Source of the DNA: Takakia lepidozioides
Lineage: Eukaryota > Plantae > Bryophyta
Length of the DNA: 64,000 bases
Direction of reading: 5' to 3'
Assembly (NCBI GenBank): GCA_030704615.1
Contig: CM060732.1
Location: forward strand, 9,300,001-9,364,000
The position numbers and the translations under genes are program-made. This document shows positions 12,614 through 24,259 of this stretch, one piece after another (position 1 is the stretch's first letter; each line of letters starts with the position of its first letter). Under the pieces are notes generated by a model that made no database searches, was not told where the DNA came from, and saw only the letters and a program-made list of their open reading frames with translations.

Positions 12614-14928
12614 ATGCCGAAGGGGAGGAAGCAGATGCGTCTACAGGAGGAGATTGCCATCTCCGAGCAGCAGGCCACTCAGGCAACCCAGCCACCAGTG
12701 AGAGCTCCATGCGATCGGGCTGCGCGCAGCTGATCGAGCACCGAACCCCCCATTTTGCTTCTGTAATTCTTAGACTGAATGCTAGGAGACTTGAATGCAG
12801 AACATGTTTGCATGCCTAACAGGAAAGGTGGACGTGCTGGAGGGATCGCAGGAATCCGAAGAGCCGCAGGAAGAGTCCGAGGAGCTAGCTGCAGCACGTA
12901 CACCCACCCGATCCCCGAGCGCGGGTATTCCTGCCGGGCCTAGCCCTCTGCGATTCAAAGACGCGTCTTCGAAGGGCAAGTTCAAAGTCCCAGAGATCGA
13001 CTCGCGTTCTTCGGTCATGGAGAATTGCCAGCAGGGGTCGGGCCCTTCTCCAGCAAAGTCGAAGAAGAAGCAGCCCGTCCCTCTACTGGCTTCTGAACCG
13101 GCTCAGGCCGATTCACCCCCCCCAACGCGAATGAAGCAGCAGGGTAGAAGACAGATTCAATTGCAGCAGACACCTTCACCTGCAAGGATGAGGAAGCAGA
13201 AGGCAATCAGGGCGACGGGCGAACAATCTCCCGCAAAACCGCTTCCACGAGCTGAAGCTCAGTTCTTGGAGGATTTCCCGCCTGCAGATGTTGGGCCGAC
13301 TCTGCTGCAGCGAAGGCAATGGGATCGACCGTTGATCTCGATTTGGTACCGGAGGAGGGTGTTGCCGCTCAACGTTCGCAGCAAGACCTCACCACCGATG
13401 AGCAAGCAGGCCCGGAGGAGGCCTCTGCAATGGCAGAATTGCCCGCAGACAAGCCCCAGAGTGCAGCTCCAGTTGAGGATGCTCCAGCTGCTCAGCCACT
13501 ACCGGCACCTACAGACATGTCTCCGGAGGATTTCAAAAGTGCAGCGGATAAAATGTTGGAGGAGACACACAGTAGCATTGGCAGAGTTCTGGGCAGCAGG
13601 GTATTCTAGCGGACTCTTCGAATCCCACTCTGTCGCATGGTCTCCCTTCCCATCGTCAGGCAGGCCCTTCCCGGAGATGTGGATAAGCTCAAGTTCGCAT
13701 TTCGAGAAGGGTACCGTCTGGGATCGGCAGCGTTTTACGTTTCCATTGAGAATGAGGACGGCGAAACTCGTGGACCCACTGCCGATGAATTGTCAACGTG
13801 GGATACCCACTGGCACACTCGCAACCACGAATTCGAGGCGACGCTGAAGGGTGATCCAGACTTCGGCCATATGTCGGGTAAAATGTTCTTTGTGTGGGAC
13901 GGGAATCACCGACTATGCCAAGCACATTGGCTGGCATTACATGGTGGAGTGTGTCATCCTCAAGGTGAAGGCGGCAGACTCCTCCCTGCTCAAGAATGCC
14001 ATGGCGGACCTCAACTCGTAAGATACTCATACCCTCCCTAGCACGTTCGAAATGCGGTGCCGCATTTTGGTTTCCATTCTGGTTTGTTTCCGTGCTTCCA
14101 TGTACTGAACTGGAGAGTGTGCCTTGCAGGGTCACTGAGAATGCGTACGTGCATACCCACATGGCACACATGCTGTACAGGGTGAGGAAAACTGGTCTCA
14201 CTGATCCGCAGATGTTTGCGGAAATGCTGGAGCCCGAGCTCATTCAGAAAGCCGTTGCAAAAACAGACCGGACATGGTATCGTCTCACTATGGATGGAAT
14301 GGTGGAGGTGATATACGAAGTAAGTCGTACTCCAATTTCCCTCTGCTCATCCTTCCCCAATTTTCAGTAATGTTTCCACATGAATCGAATGTAACGCTTC
14401 TGCATGTTTTTGTTGGCAGTCAAACATCAAGCTGGATTTGGCCCATGCCAAACGCTTCTTCATGGAAAGTGAGGGGCAGGTCAAAACGTTGCAGTCATTG
14501 ACTGAGCACTTGAAGGAAGCCGGTGTCAAGTCCAGAACCAAATACAAGTCAAAGCTTGTGAAGCTGGTGGCAATTGCAGATCCGGCACTTGGAAAGGACT
14601 TCATCCCCGAGATTGCAAAACACTATTCTCGGGCCATGCAGCCGACCATGCAATTGGAGAAACTGCATCACCTCTCAACGGCATGTGTGGAGGCGAAAGA
14701 GAAGGTGAGGTTTCAATGCACTGAAGTTCCTTCCTAGCAATAGCCACTCTCTTCCAGCTCCTGACATTGGATCGGAAATGGCAGACACGGTGGCTGTCGA
14801 TCTGGAATGCATCCGAGAGCATAAGGACAATGTGGTCTTTTCCACTGGAAGTTTCCGACCCTGCAGTGGATGTGTGGCTCAACCGTATGACTTGGTGGTT
14901 CCAGGTAATTCAAGGTACTTCCCCAGAT
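12614..14928 (+). pseudogene. ParB-MTase gene of copy A, exons 1-5 only, inactivated
   Basis: Relative to B: 1-bp deletion ~13293, CAG->TAG at 13607, 32-bp deletion just after DGNHR (~13914), truncation at ~14928. Confidence 0.88.
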
Positions 14929-16080
14929 GGTGCACTAAGTGTTGGGAACAGATACCATCGGGCGGCACCAGACCACCGAGGCGGCGACCGCATGTTGTCA
15001 AAAAACATTACAAGAAGAACAAGATTGCGGATGTGGCAAAGGTGAGTGTTTTTCCCACCCCTCTCATTAACATTCATTTAAGGTACATTTAGGTTTATCT
15101 AATAATATAGTAGGATTGGTAAGCATACATGAATCAAAATTACGACATAAGTATCAATGCGTCGTTCACTACGCACATTGCACAGGAGGCATTTCGCGCC
15201 GGTCTACTTGCAGAATTTGTGCCAGAGCATGTGCCCGATGTGACCAGTTGGTTACCCCAGCAGCACGTAGATGAGATGCGTAGGGTCGAGGGGTATCGTA
15301 GGTGTCGTAGGCATTATGGCCGGCAACGAGCAGGACCCCCCCCCCCCCCCCCACCTCCAGTTTCCTCAGGCGGTCCCCCTGATTGTCCTGTCGGGGGGGT
15401 CAAAGGTGGACGTGGTTGGACGGGGTGGCCCGCAAGGGGGCAACCCGCGGCGCGCCCGACTCGATCCCGGAGTATCAACATCCTCCGCATCACCTGAAAT
15501 TTGGCCCCGGTCCCTTCTACGATTGTGCCCGGCAGTCTGTATTGGATCAGGTGCAATGGGTGGCTCCTCACCACGAAAAATGGTCGCTCTAGGGCCAAAA
15601 TCGATATGTGGTACTACCTCCCCATCCTCGAGGGAGACGGATCGATGTTTCCTCACCATCCCATCCTAATTAACACACACCACCAACACATTCATTTCTC
15701 AAAAACCGTTGGCAAAAAAACCCTATGCCTCAGTCTCGGGGCTTTCAAAATTGGTAACCAAAGACGGAGCATCCCTATGGTGCTAGAGTCCAAGACAATA
15801 AATCCTTCCTCTCGTTCTATCTTCAGGATGCTCACATTATGGAAAAATTTGTTGAGACCCAGCGCTTTGCGATTATCAAATTGAACCACATTTTGGGTAT
15901 GTGAATCCTAATTACAGCGTTTATCCTTTTAACCCCAAGACCCACAACCAAAACCGCCAATCCAAAACCCAGCACCATAAAGAAAAGCAAACACCCTAAC
16001 CCAGTACCATATGAATAAATAAATAAATAATAATAAAAACTAAGAAACCCAAAAGGCCCTAAACCCTAAATCCAGAAAGG

Positions 16081-16320
16081 TTGGCCGTCGCCTCCTGCGA
16101 CACCCTGGCGTCGCATTGGACGACGAGTTTTTATTTTATTTTATACCTAGGGGTCACACCCCGCGACGGACAGCCGTGGGGGCGACGTGTTTTTTTATTT
16201 ATGGGGCCGGGGGTCGCAGGAAACGACGGCCAGACGTCGCAATCTTCATTTTTACGTTTCAAAAAAGGGCAGGCGCAGGCGTGCGACGGCCGGGCGTCGC
16301 ACGTGGGCGCCGTGCCTTTT
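16081..16320. repeat. Cluster of GTCGC/GCGAC inverted motifs separated by AT-rich tracts
   Basis: gtcgcctcctgcgac, gtcacaccccgcgac, gtcgcaggaaacgac and similar; same style as 63030-63580. Confidence 0.5.
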
Positions 16321-16749
16321 TTTTCCCCTAAGTGCTTGAAGCATCTCTTTCCCCTCCCGTTTTCATTTGTTCTTTGGGAGAGAGGTAGTTCAGAGAGTGG
16401 GGTTTAGGGTGGAGGAGAAACGCACCTGCTGCTGAGCCCGAGGTGGTCGCAAGGCCCCAAGGAGTTTGCCCCAATGCCGCTCCAATGCCCAATGTAAGCA
16501 CCGCCTTCTCCCTCACTTTCTGTTATTCTTTCTTGCCCTAAGCACGAGCTGATGTCTCTCTCCCCTGTGTGGTAGGAACGCCGCGCAGGGGCGCGATCTA
16601 ACGAGCTGAAGAGAGAGAGAGCCGTGGTGAGCGGGGGAGAGACGCCCTGCAGCGGTGGGGACCCGCGCCGTCGGTAGCCGCGACAGCACCGCAGCAGCTC
16701 GTCGCGCCAGCTCGCTTCAAGCAGCAGCAGCAGCAGAGGTATGTCAGGG

Positions 16750-17165
16750 AAATTGCACTCTCCCTTTCCTCTCTGCTTCTGTTTACTGTTCAAAGGTAGT
16801 CTTCCTGCCCTGACTTTAAATTTAGGTCTGGTGCCAAAAGTGGGATAGACCCTTGAGCGCATCCATGATGTCTTCCCCCATGTCACAGACTGGAAACAGG
16901 TTCAGGGAAGTTTTCTTCCTAACTTCATTTTCATCGAACAATTTTCTGGTAACAGACATGGCTTTGGACACTACACTCTCTAAGTCAGGTTTATCCAGCA
17001 AGGTCAAGACTTGCGGGTCCAGATTCAGATCCTTGAGAATCTCTTCTACTCTCTTCTCCCAGGGCTTACCCTGTCTGACAGGGTGGTCCTGTTTCCAAGA
17101 TATAGAGTCGATTAACTTAGGATATCTGGTGTTGGACATACGTTGCAGCTGAACCCACCATCTGA
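16750..17165 (-). mobile_element. Non-LTR retrotransposon (RTE-like LINE) ORF2 C-terminal fragment
   Basis: RWVQLQRMSNTRYPK...RQGKPWEKRVEEILKDL...KFKVRAGRLPLN resembles the post-RT region of LINEs; homologous to 61092-61400; frameshifted. Confidence 0.6.
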
Positions 17166-19038
17166 CCTTGAATTTATCTCGTCGGGAGCTTAAAAGAGAG
17201 CAGCACAGAAGAGAGGGAAGATATTCATGTCATGTCAAGACATGGACAAGACCCACTAGGGTCATTGTCAATTAAAGACATAAACAACCCAAAACAGGGC
17301 ACCATCTAACATTTCCATTCTTGCCATAGCTTCCCATGAATTGACATCACCCAATCAGTCATGATAAAACAGGGTGGGAGGGCAGGGTTTGTTCATGTAG
17401 GGGATGCAAGCATCTTGAACACCCGAGATCCGGCCATCTTGGCCAATGAATCATGTGTGAGATAAGATAAGATATTGCTGCCCCTGTGCAGGTTGCAAGG
17501 CCTCTTGGTTCAGCCTGCACACATACCTTACCAGCAGGTCATGTATTGAAGGAGCATAAAAATGTTGAGGTCATGCAAAGGGCAAGGTACCATGGTCCAG
17601 CCTGCCATATTACCATTTCAAGACACGTTTTCATACATACATCTTGGATATGACCCACAGGTTGCAACATCTCACCTTTTCAGCCATTAATTATGGCAGG
17701 TCATGCATCAGCCAAGGCATAAGGACCAGCCTGCAATTTGTCAAAATCACAATATGCCACCAAGCAGTCCTACTTGGGCATGATGAAATAAATTCCATAT
17801 CATTTGTATTCACCCCGAGACATGTGATCATACAAGGTGTCAAGGGAATGTGAACTCAGCCTGTCAAATTGCAGGTTCAAGACTTGTACATACAAGCAGC
17901 TTGAACAGCCGAGATCCAGCCTCTTTTGCATATAAAAAACCAGATTGCAGGTCATAGGCATGATGTCATGACAAAGCCAAAACTATAGGTAGGATCCCAT
18001 TGCAGCTTACCATCCTCATCCTTCAAGAGTTCCATGCTAAAGCATACAAAGAACACCTCACTGTGATCCAGTACTCAACAGAAACAGGCCCGAAAAGGAG
18101 CAGGTCGGTGCCTTATCAGGCTGCCGCCATACCCTTCAAGGCCCACCATGTCCATAGAGACCAAAACCGCCAAAAACATACCACCTAAAACCAGATCCTC
18201 TTTGGCCAAAAGAACTTATAACCTAGCTCAATAATCCACAGGCCCTGCTGTCAAAGATCAAGAGGTAGGGTATGGTTTGTATGCAAGCCTCAGGAGACAG
18301 GCCAGTCAGGCCGAGCTGCGCATCAACGGCAGAATGACAAAGGCCAAAAACCAGGCTGTAGCATGCCAAACCAGGAGCAATCGGGTTGAAATCGGGGCTG
18401 CAGGCAACAGCCACCTCACAGCGCAAAAACCCACAGGTCTTCTCAGCCCATATCCCAATCTGCATGCTCAAGAAGCTTCAAAGTAGGTGAGGATCCTCAC
18501 CTGGTCCCATCACAAGCCCCCACAAAAACCAACAGGTTAGTGAGGATTGTGGAACCCAGGTGAATCACAGACCCTCACACTTGTCATCGATGTCAACTAA
18601 GAAAATCAAAAGCAAGAGAAAGAGATACACGAGAATCCCTAAACTCCAAAGGCACCTTAAGCGATTGGGGAAGAGGGTTATGCACCATCACCACCCGCAA
18701 CAAGCCGCCTCCACAAAGCACATAAGCAATGAATCAAAGCAAGCACAATCGCAAGGCACTAGAAAGGAGGGAGAGAACTTCCCATCATAAGCACCCTTGC
18801 TAAGCACAAAAAAAGCCAGAGGAGGGAAGATGCCACTGCATTCATAGCGGTGTTTCCCGCTGCAAGAGAGACAAGGCGCCGCCTTCGCGCCCCCTTAGGC
18901 GCTCGTCCAGCATGGGTACGACACCACAAACGGGGTAGCCACCGAAGCACGTCCGCCATAACACTCTCCTCGCGAGCTCAGAAGCACGTCGCGAGCTCAG
19001 AAGCACGTCGCGTGCTTCTGACAACGGGAGAGACGACA

Positions 19039-20280
19039 TAGGGTTGTCCCCCGATTATTCATCCGTGGATGAAAAATAGTAGGACGCATCCGTATACCCT
19101 GACGGATTTCATCCGCAGCAAGGTTAAAAAATAGGTTTTGGGGTAGGGGTCAGGGTTTCCACCGTAATTAATCATAATTAGGGGTAGTAAAGATCAATTC
19201 CAGGCCATAATCACATCATCCATAAATAGATCACTTGTGTCAGGATGAAAAAGTAGGGAATATCATCCGTGGCAGCGCCTTACCTCCATCTAGGTAATTA
19301 TATCATTCCTCACCAGACCATCCGGTATGGATAAAAAGAGTCAATAAAAGAGGAATGAAAAATTATCATCCTGGTAGTTTTTCATCCGGTACGGATGGAA
19401 AAACATGATGCTGTTGGCAACCTCCATAGAGGTAATTCTTTTCTTGCACGTACATCAGAGGGGCCGACATGAGAGGAAGGGGCATGAGATGGACCAGCGA
19501 GGGTCGAGGGAGCATGGTTCACATGCGGACGTCGTCGGGCCAGTTGAAACGACAATGGCCAGTCGTCGTTATCCGATGGTTCGATTTGCAGAAGTCTCGC
19601 AACAGAAGAAGCATCTCCCAGGATCGGAGTAGCGATGGAAGGAATTACATGAGGGGGGGAGAGACTAGATGGACCAGCATGGGATGGACCGGCTTGAGAA
19701 AGAGAAACATGAGATGGAGCGGCGTGAGATGAAGCACGGTTCACAGGGGCAGGACGTCGGTGAAGGAATGACAATGGCCGATTGTCATCATCCGACGATT
19801 GCACATCTCCCGCAGTCCGTGGAACTCGTGGTGGGGGAGAGTTGACCTCAACTTCATTGTTGAGAGTGTGCTCTAGTGAGGGAAGGGGTCTGCAATTGGG
19901 ATGACACGATGTCGCAGTTCATCAACAACAAGGTCATCGAAGGATGGGTGCATTACAACATCGTCGTCATTAAATTCATATGGGTCATGTAGAGGATTGC
20001 CGACATCATCGGACCCATCCCAACCATCGGAGTCGGAGTCCCTCGCGGCGTCGGTATCATCATTGCTGCTAGATTGGACCTCTGAGGCAGATTCTTCAGA
20101 CGACAGATTCTTCTCGTACCATGCAGATGCGTCACTTGCTGTCATCTCTCGCAGTAGCCTACAATTCATGTAGACATAAACCAATTTGTCAGCCCTGGCA
20201 GGATTCAACTTGTTGCGATTCTTATTGTGAACAAACGAGTAACTGCTCTAGTTCCGTTCAAGTGGCTTTGGCTAATGTGA
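19039..20280 (-). mobile_element. hAT DNA transposon 3' remnant
   Basis: Minus strand reads ERN*SSYSFVHNKNRNKLNPARADKLVYVYMNCRLL (hAT C-terminal dimerisation motif, TGG->TAG); TAGGG terminus at 19039 followed by CATCC/GGATG subterminal repeats. Confidence 0.75.
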
Positions 20281-21239
20281 TGTTCATATGCTCACAAATC
20301 TGGCGAGATATGGCTGTTTGTTTTCGTAAAGAGGGCATATAAACTAGAACAGAACGAGAAAGAGAGAGGAACTTTATAACATCCGCAGAGAGGTAGAATG
20401 CATGGTGGATTATGACAATCGAATTAACATCCTCGGAAAGCTCAAAGAGCTTATGGGACAAGAGAAAGAAAGAAACAAGAAAGAGAGAGGGCCCCCCCTT
20501 GAGCAGGGGGGGTGCTATTTCATGAGCGGCATGAGCATGAGCGGGAAAAAAAAAATATGAGCAGACCATTGTGTGTCCACGGAAATAGGGTTAGGAGGCA
20601 CGGAAATAGGGTCATGTGAAGTTGGAATGTGGCACCAGTGGACTTGAAATGCAACATTTTATTGCAAATTTTGTGGCAAGCCACGTCTATACAAGTGTGT
20701 TCTAACTGTCATAGCCGGAATGGGCACTACTCTCCTACACCCTCCGAGGAACTTGCCCCACCTTCTTCCTCATCCCCCTCATCCCCCTCATCCTCCGAGC
20801 TCTGTGATGCATCAGTTCCACTATGCCTCTCAAAAATCCCATCCTCTTAGGGGACAGTCCACCTCACCTCCTGGGAATCTTCTGCATCTTCTCCCCCACT
20901 TTCCTCAGCTGAATCCAAGCCAAATCTACGAGCCTGACGGGCTCTAATAGTTGTTGCCTCTTCCCTCATCTTCATTTTCTTGAGGCTTGCCTCGTCTAAA
21001 ATCTGCTGTACACGACTAGGTTCGGAACACCTCCTAATGGACACCGAAGCAAGCCGGGCAACATAACTGCGGTGTAGATGTCCCTCCTACAGTACTTGGC
21101 ATCCTACAGTAAGAACAAATCCACTTGAAGAATGTCAATACCAGCAGAAGCAGAAACAGTCTTTCAATGAAATAAAAGAGCGAGGGGAGGTGCCTCACAA
21201 AATCAGGAGGCAACTTACAATGCAACCACTCACTCGTAA

Positions 21240-21755
21240 ACCATTTTCGGCACCATTTTCCTAGGTTGGGCCCGAAAATGGCTAAGTCCCGGAACTGACT
21301 GGGCGCGGAACTAGAAAAATGGCGCCGAATTTCCGGTTGCGGTTCCAGCCACCCTAGGGACTTAGCCATTTTCGGGGCCCTGAACTGGAAAAATGGCGCC
21401 GAATTTCCGATTTTGGTGCCAGTCAGATCTGGGACTTGGCCATTTTCGGGCCCGAACTGGAAAAATGGCGTTTTTTTTTTTTTTTTTTTTTTTCGGCGCC
21501 ATTTTTCCAGTTCGGTGCCGAAAATGGCTAAGTCCCAGATCTGACTGGGCCCGGAACTGGAAAAATGGCGCCGAATTTCCGATTTTGGTACCAGCCACCC
21601 TAGGGACTTCGCCATTTTCGGGCCCGAACTGGAAAAAATGGCGGTTTTTTTTTTTTTTTTTTTTTCCTGCTTCATTTTTCCAGTTCGGGCCCGAAAATGG
21701 CTAAGTCCCAGATCTGACTGGCACCAAAATCGGAAATTCGGCGCCATTTTTCCAG
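21240..21755. repeat. Subfamily D motif array (GAAAAATGGCGCCGAATTTC in both orientations)
   Basis: Repeated aaaaatggcgccgaatttcc and ggaaattcggcgccatttt; further copies at 23298-23465. Confidence 0.9.
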
Positions 21756-22160
21756 TCAATCCGGGGGATGTTCTCTGTCGGACAGGTGCCGGCCTCTCTG
21801 CCCGAGGCGACTTCAACCGGGCGGCCCCTGTTGGATATTCGGTGCCGAATTTCCATCCGGGGGTAGTAATGTGACGGCCCGGTGCCGGCTTATCCCCTTC
21901 AGCCGACATCATCCGGACGGCCCCCCACTTTCTGACTGCATACCGTTGGCAGTTATTGCGCAAAGACCAGGGGCCGCATTCCGGAGACAAGGTTCATTAA
22001 CACTCTGACTGTGGATTTTTGAGATAGTTGGCTCCCTGGATTTGGATCAGGCTTCGTCGCACGGACAAATCGGCACCGCATTCCTTCCCATCGCTGCATC
22101 CCCCTTCTACCAGGGAGCTTGCCCGCATGCCATCCTGGCTGTCTTGTGTGCACATCTCCC

Positions 22161-23042
22161 ATGGCGGAACACCCGAGCGCTACAGTGTACTGCCCTCCTC
22201 ACGAGCATAGAGCTTCATTTCCGTGCAGAGGGGACATCTGTCGTGTGATGGAGAAATATCTGTGCGTTCGATACCACCTGAAATCGGGGTCGGTTTTTTT
22301 GGAGGAGGAAAAGAAGGACTCAAACGGCGTTGTTGTCGAGAGTATTGTTGTGCTCCACGATGATTTCGGCGATGGCAGGGAATGACGAGTTCCACCATCA
22401 GACAGCGTCATATACAGGGCTGTTGGGGACTTCATTTGCCCGCCAAATGCACCTTCTATCCTGGCGCCTTCCACGAAACAATCCGCGAATCAGAGTGTGG
22501 GTACCTCAAAGAGAGAAGTCTGCAATGAAGTAAATCCAGAGCCGAACCCATCAATGAAGACGAGCGAGAACCGGGTTGTTCACAACCTGTCCGACTCAGA
22601 CGAGGTCATGGAAGTTCCGAGATCGTCCTGGGGATCAGGCAAGTCCTCAATGGATGTCAGTGGACGAGGGAGTCATATTCCCAGCACGAGCACCGCAGTT
22701 CGATCCACTTTTGAAATTCTGCGAGGGCTTCACATGGAGGGACACCCCTCGGAGCTGGCCGGGCTGGACTACTGCAAGTTCGCAATTAAATCGGTTACAT
22801 GCCTTCCCGCAGACGTCGACGGTAATATCTTCTTTGAGTTCCCTCCTCGGGCGGCCTTGCTAGAGGGCCTTCGGGACACGCCATTGCTTCGAAGAGGCCA
22901 ACATTTGGAATGAGATGTTTATATCCGTCCAGTGAGACGAAGACTAAGGAGGAGTTTGTGCAGCTCGTTCACGCTCAACGCATCGGCGTTGAACGTGAAC
23001 GAGCTGCACAAACTCCTCCTTAGGGATTCCAGAAATCATTGA
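22161..23042 (+). pseudogene. Subfamily D transposase: N-terminal ~230 codons plus the last ~20 codons
   Basis: MAEHPSATVYCPP...YLCVRYHLKSGSVFLEEEKKD...LPADVDGNIFFEFPP aligns with the B N-terminus; ALNVNELHKLLLRD aligns with the C-terminus; TGA at 22383. Confidence 0.85.
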
Positions 23043-24259
23043 TGGGGCAAAGGGAATCCTCCATATGGATATTTTCAATTGCATTTTCATGTATCAGACT
23101 TTTTTTTGCAGTGTAATGAAATGCACCCCAAAACTCCTAGAATGAGGCAATATTCCATTCAAACTGAGATCCAACAGAAGCAGTTGTGGGGCCATTTCTG
23201 GAAAAAAAGCGCTGAATTTCTCTATTTTGGGCCAAATTTCCAATTACATGACCCAGAACTGCCCAACAATCTGTGCAATCCCTGGCACACCATGTACCGA
23301 AATTCGGCGCCACATTTCCAAATTTTGGGCTTACACACCTGTCATGAGGGGACCGATAGCCGCGAAATTCGGCACCATTTTTCACCAGAGAGACCTATTA
23401 CCGCGAAACATGTCGCGGATTTTTCCGGTTACGGACCCTATTACCGCGAAATTCGGCGCCATTTTTGCACATGTCGCTGGGAATTGGCATGAGCGGAAGA
23501 CGAAATATCATGAGCACAACTCTCAAAACAACAATTTTCCCTTCAAGGTGTCGAATAATATATTTGTTTTTTCTGACACATTGCATTAAATTAATGTTTT
23601 ATAATGTTTTTTATTTTCGAAATTTGTACTTCTGCTCATGAAAACCGATTGTCTTGCTACTCCGCTCATGCCACTCATGCTCATGAAATAGCTAACCTCC
23701 TCACCTCTAGTACGGGGATTACAGCAGGACCAGGTGCCTCCTCAAGGCCCACCTGATCCTTACTCCCGCTAGATGCTGGTGTTATGTCACCAATTGCATC
23801 AGCCATTTTGAAACTATCTTTGGCAGCAATGGCTCTGGTCACACGTTCAGCTTTTCGTGTTTGTTTCTTTTCAGCTCCCTTCACAACGGCTGGGGCAGGC
23901 TCCTCAGCTTTTCTCCCCTATTTACATGCCAAAAACAACTTGGTACAGTACATGAGTACTTACCAACATGTTCATAATGCATTCATGGCTGTATTGGTGT
24001 CACGCACACCATTAAATAAAACATACATGAGAGTAACAGATGACGGACAGTCTGCCCAAGAAAATGAAACAAGATAAAGTCTTGGAGGAGGTATCTCTTT
24101 TTGTGGGGAAGTTGCCTGGTGAGGAATAGATACATTCTTGTCTGCCAACACCCTACTGTCACCCTTACCAGCACTGTCAATGGAGTAGACGTCATCACAA
24201 GCAGCCAGTGCTGTCCCACCTCCACCTCCCTTCTTGCATGGCAATATCCTCCCGGACAT

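Larger units (their letters stand above)
6513..14928. mobile_element. Copy A of the giant MULE; near-identical to B, truncated at both sides, with an internal inversion
   Basis: 6513-7294 matches B ~29375-30141; 7295-9382 is the reverse complement of B 30146-32234; 9384-14928 matches B 32246-38062. Confidence 0.92.
20507..23699. mobile_element. Internally deleted non-autonomous MULE derivative, subfamily D (3.2 kb, orientation opposite to B)
   Basis: Both termini present (GGGGGGTGCTATTTCATGAGC ... GCTCATGAAATAGCTAACCTC). Contains the last exon of ParB-MTase (20725-21105, -), a palindrome array, and transposase 5' and 3' stubs (+). No TSD found. Confidence 0.8.

Noticed and set aside
14929-15890. 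Sequence replacing the 3' part of copy A, with short ORFs
   Set aside because: No recognisable homology or element boundaries.
16057-16070. CCCTAAA telomere-like repeats (also ~1098 and ~44039)
   Set aside because: Only 1-2 units; not a telomeric array.
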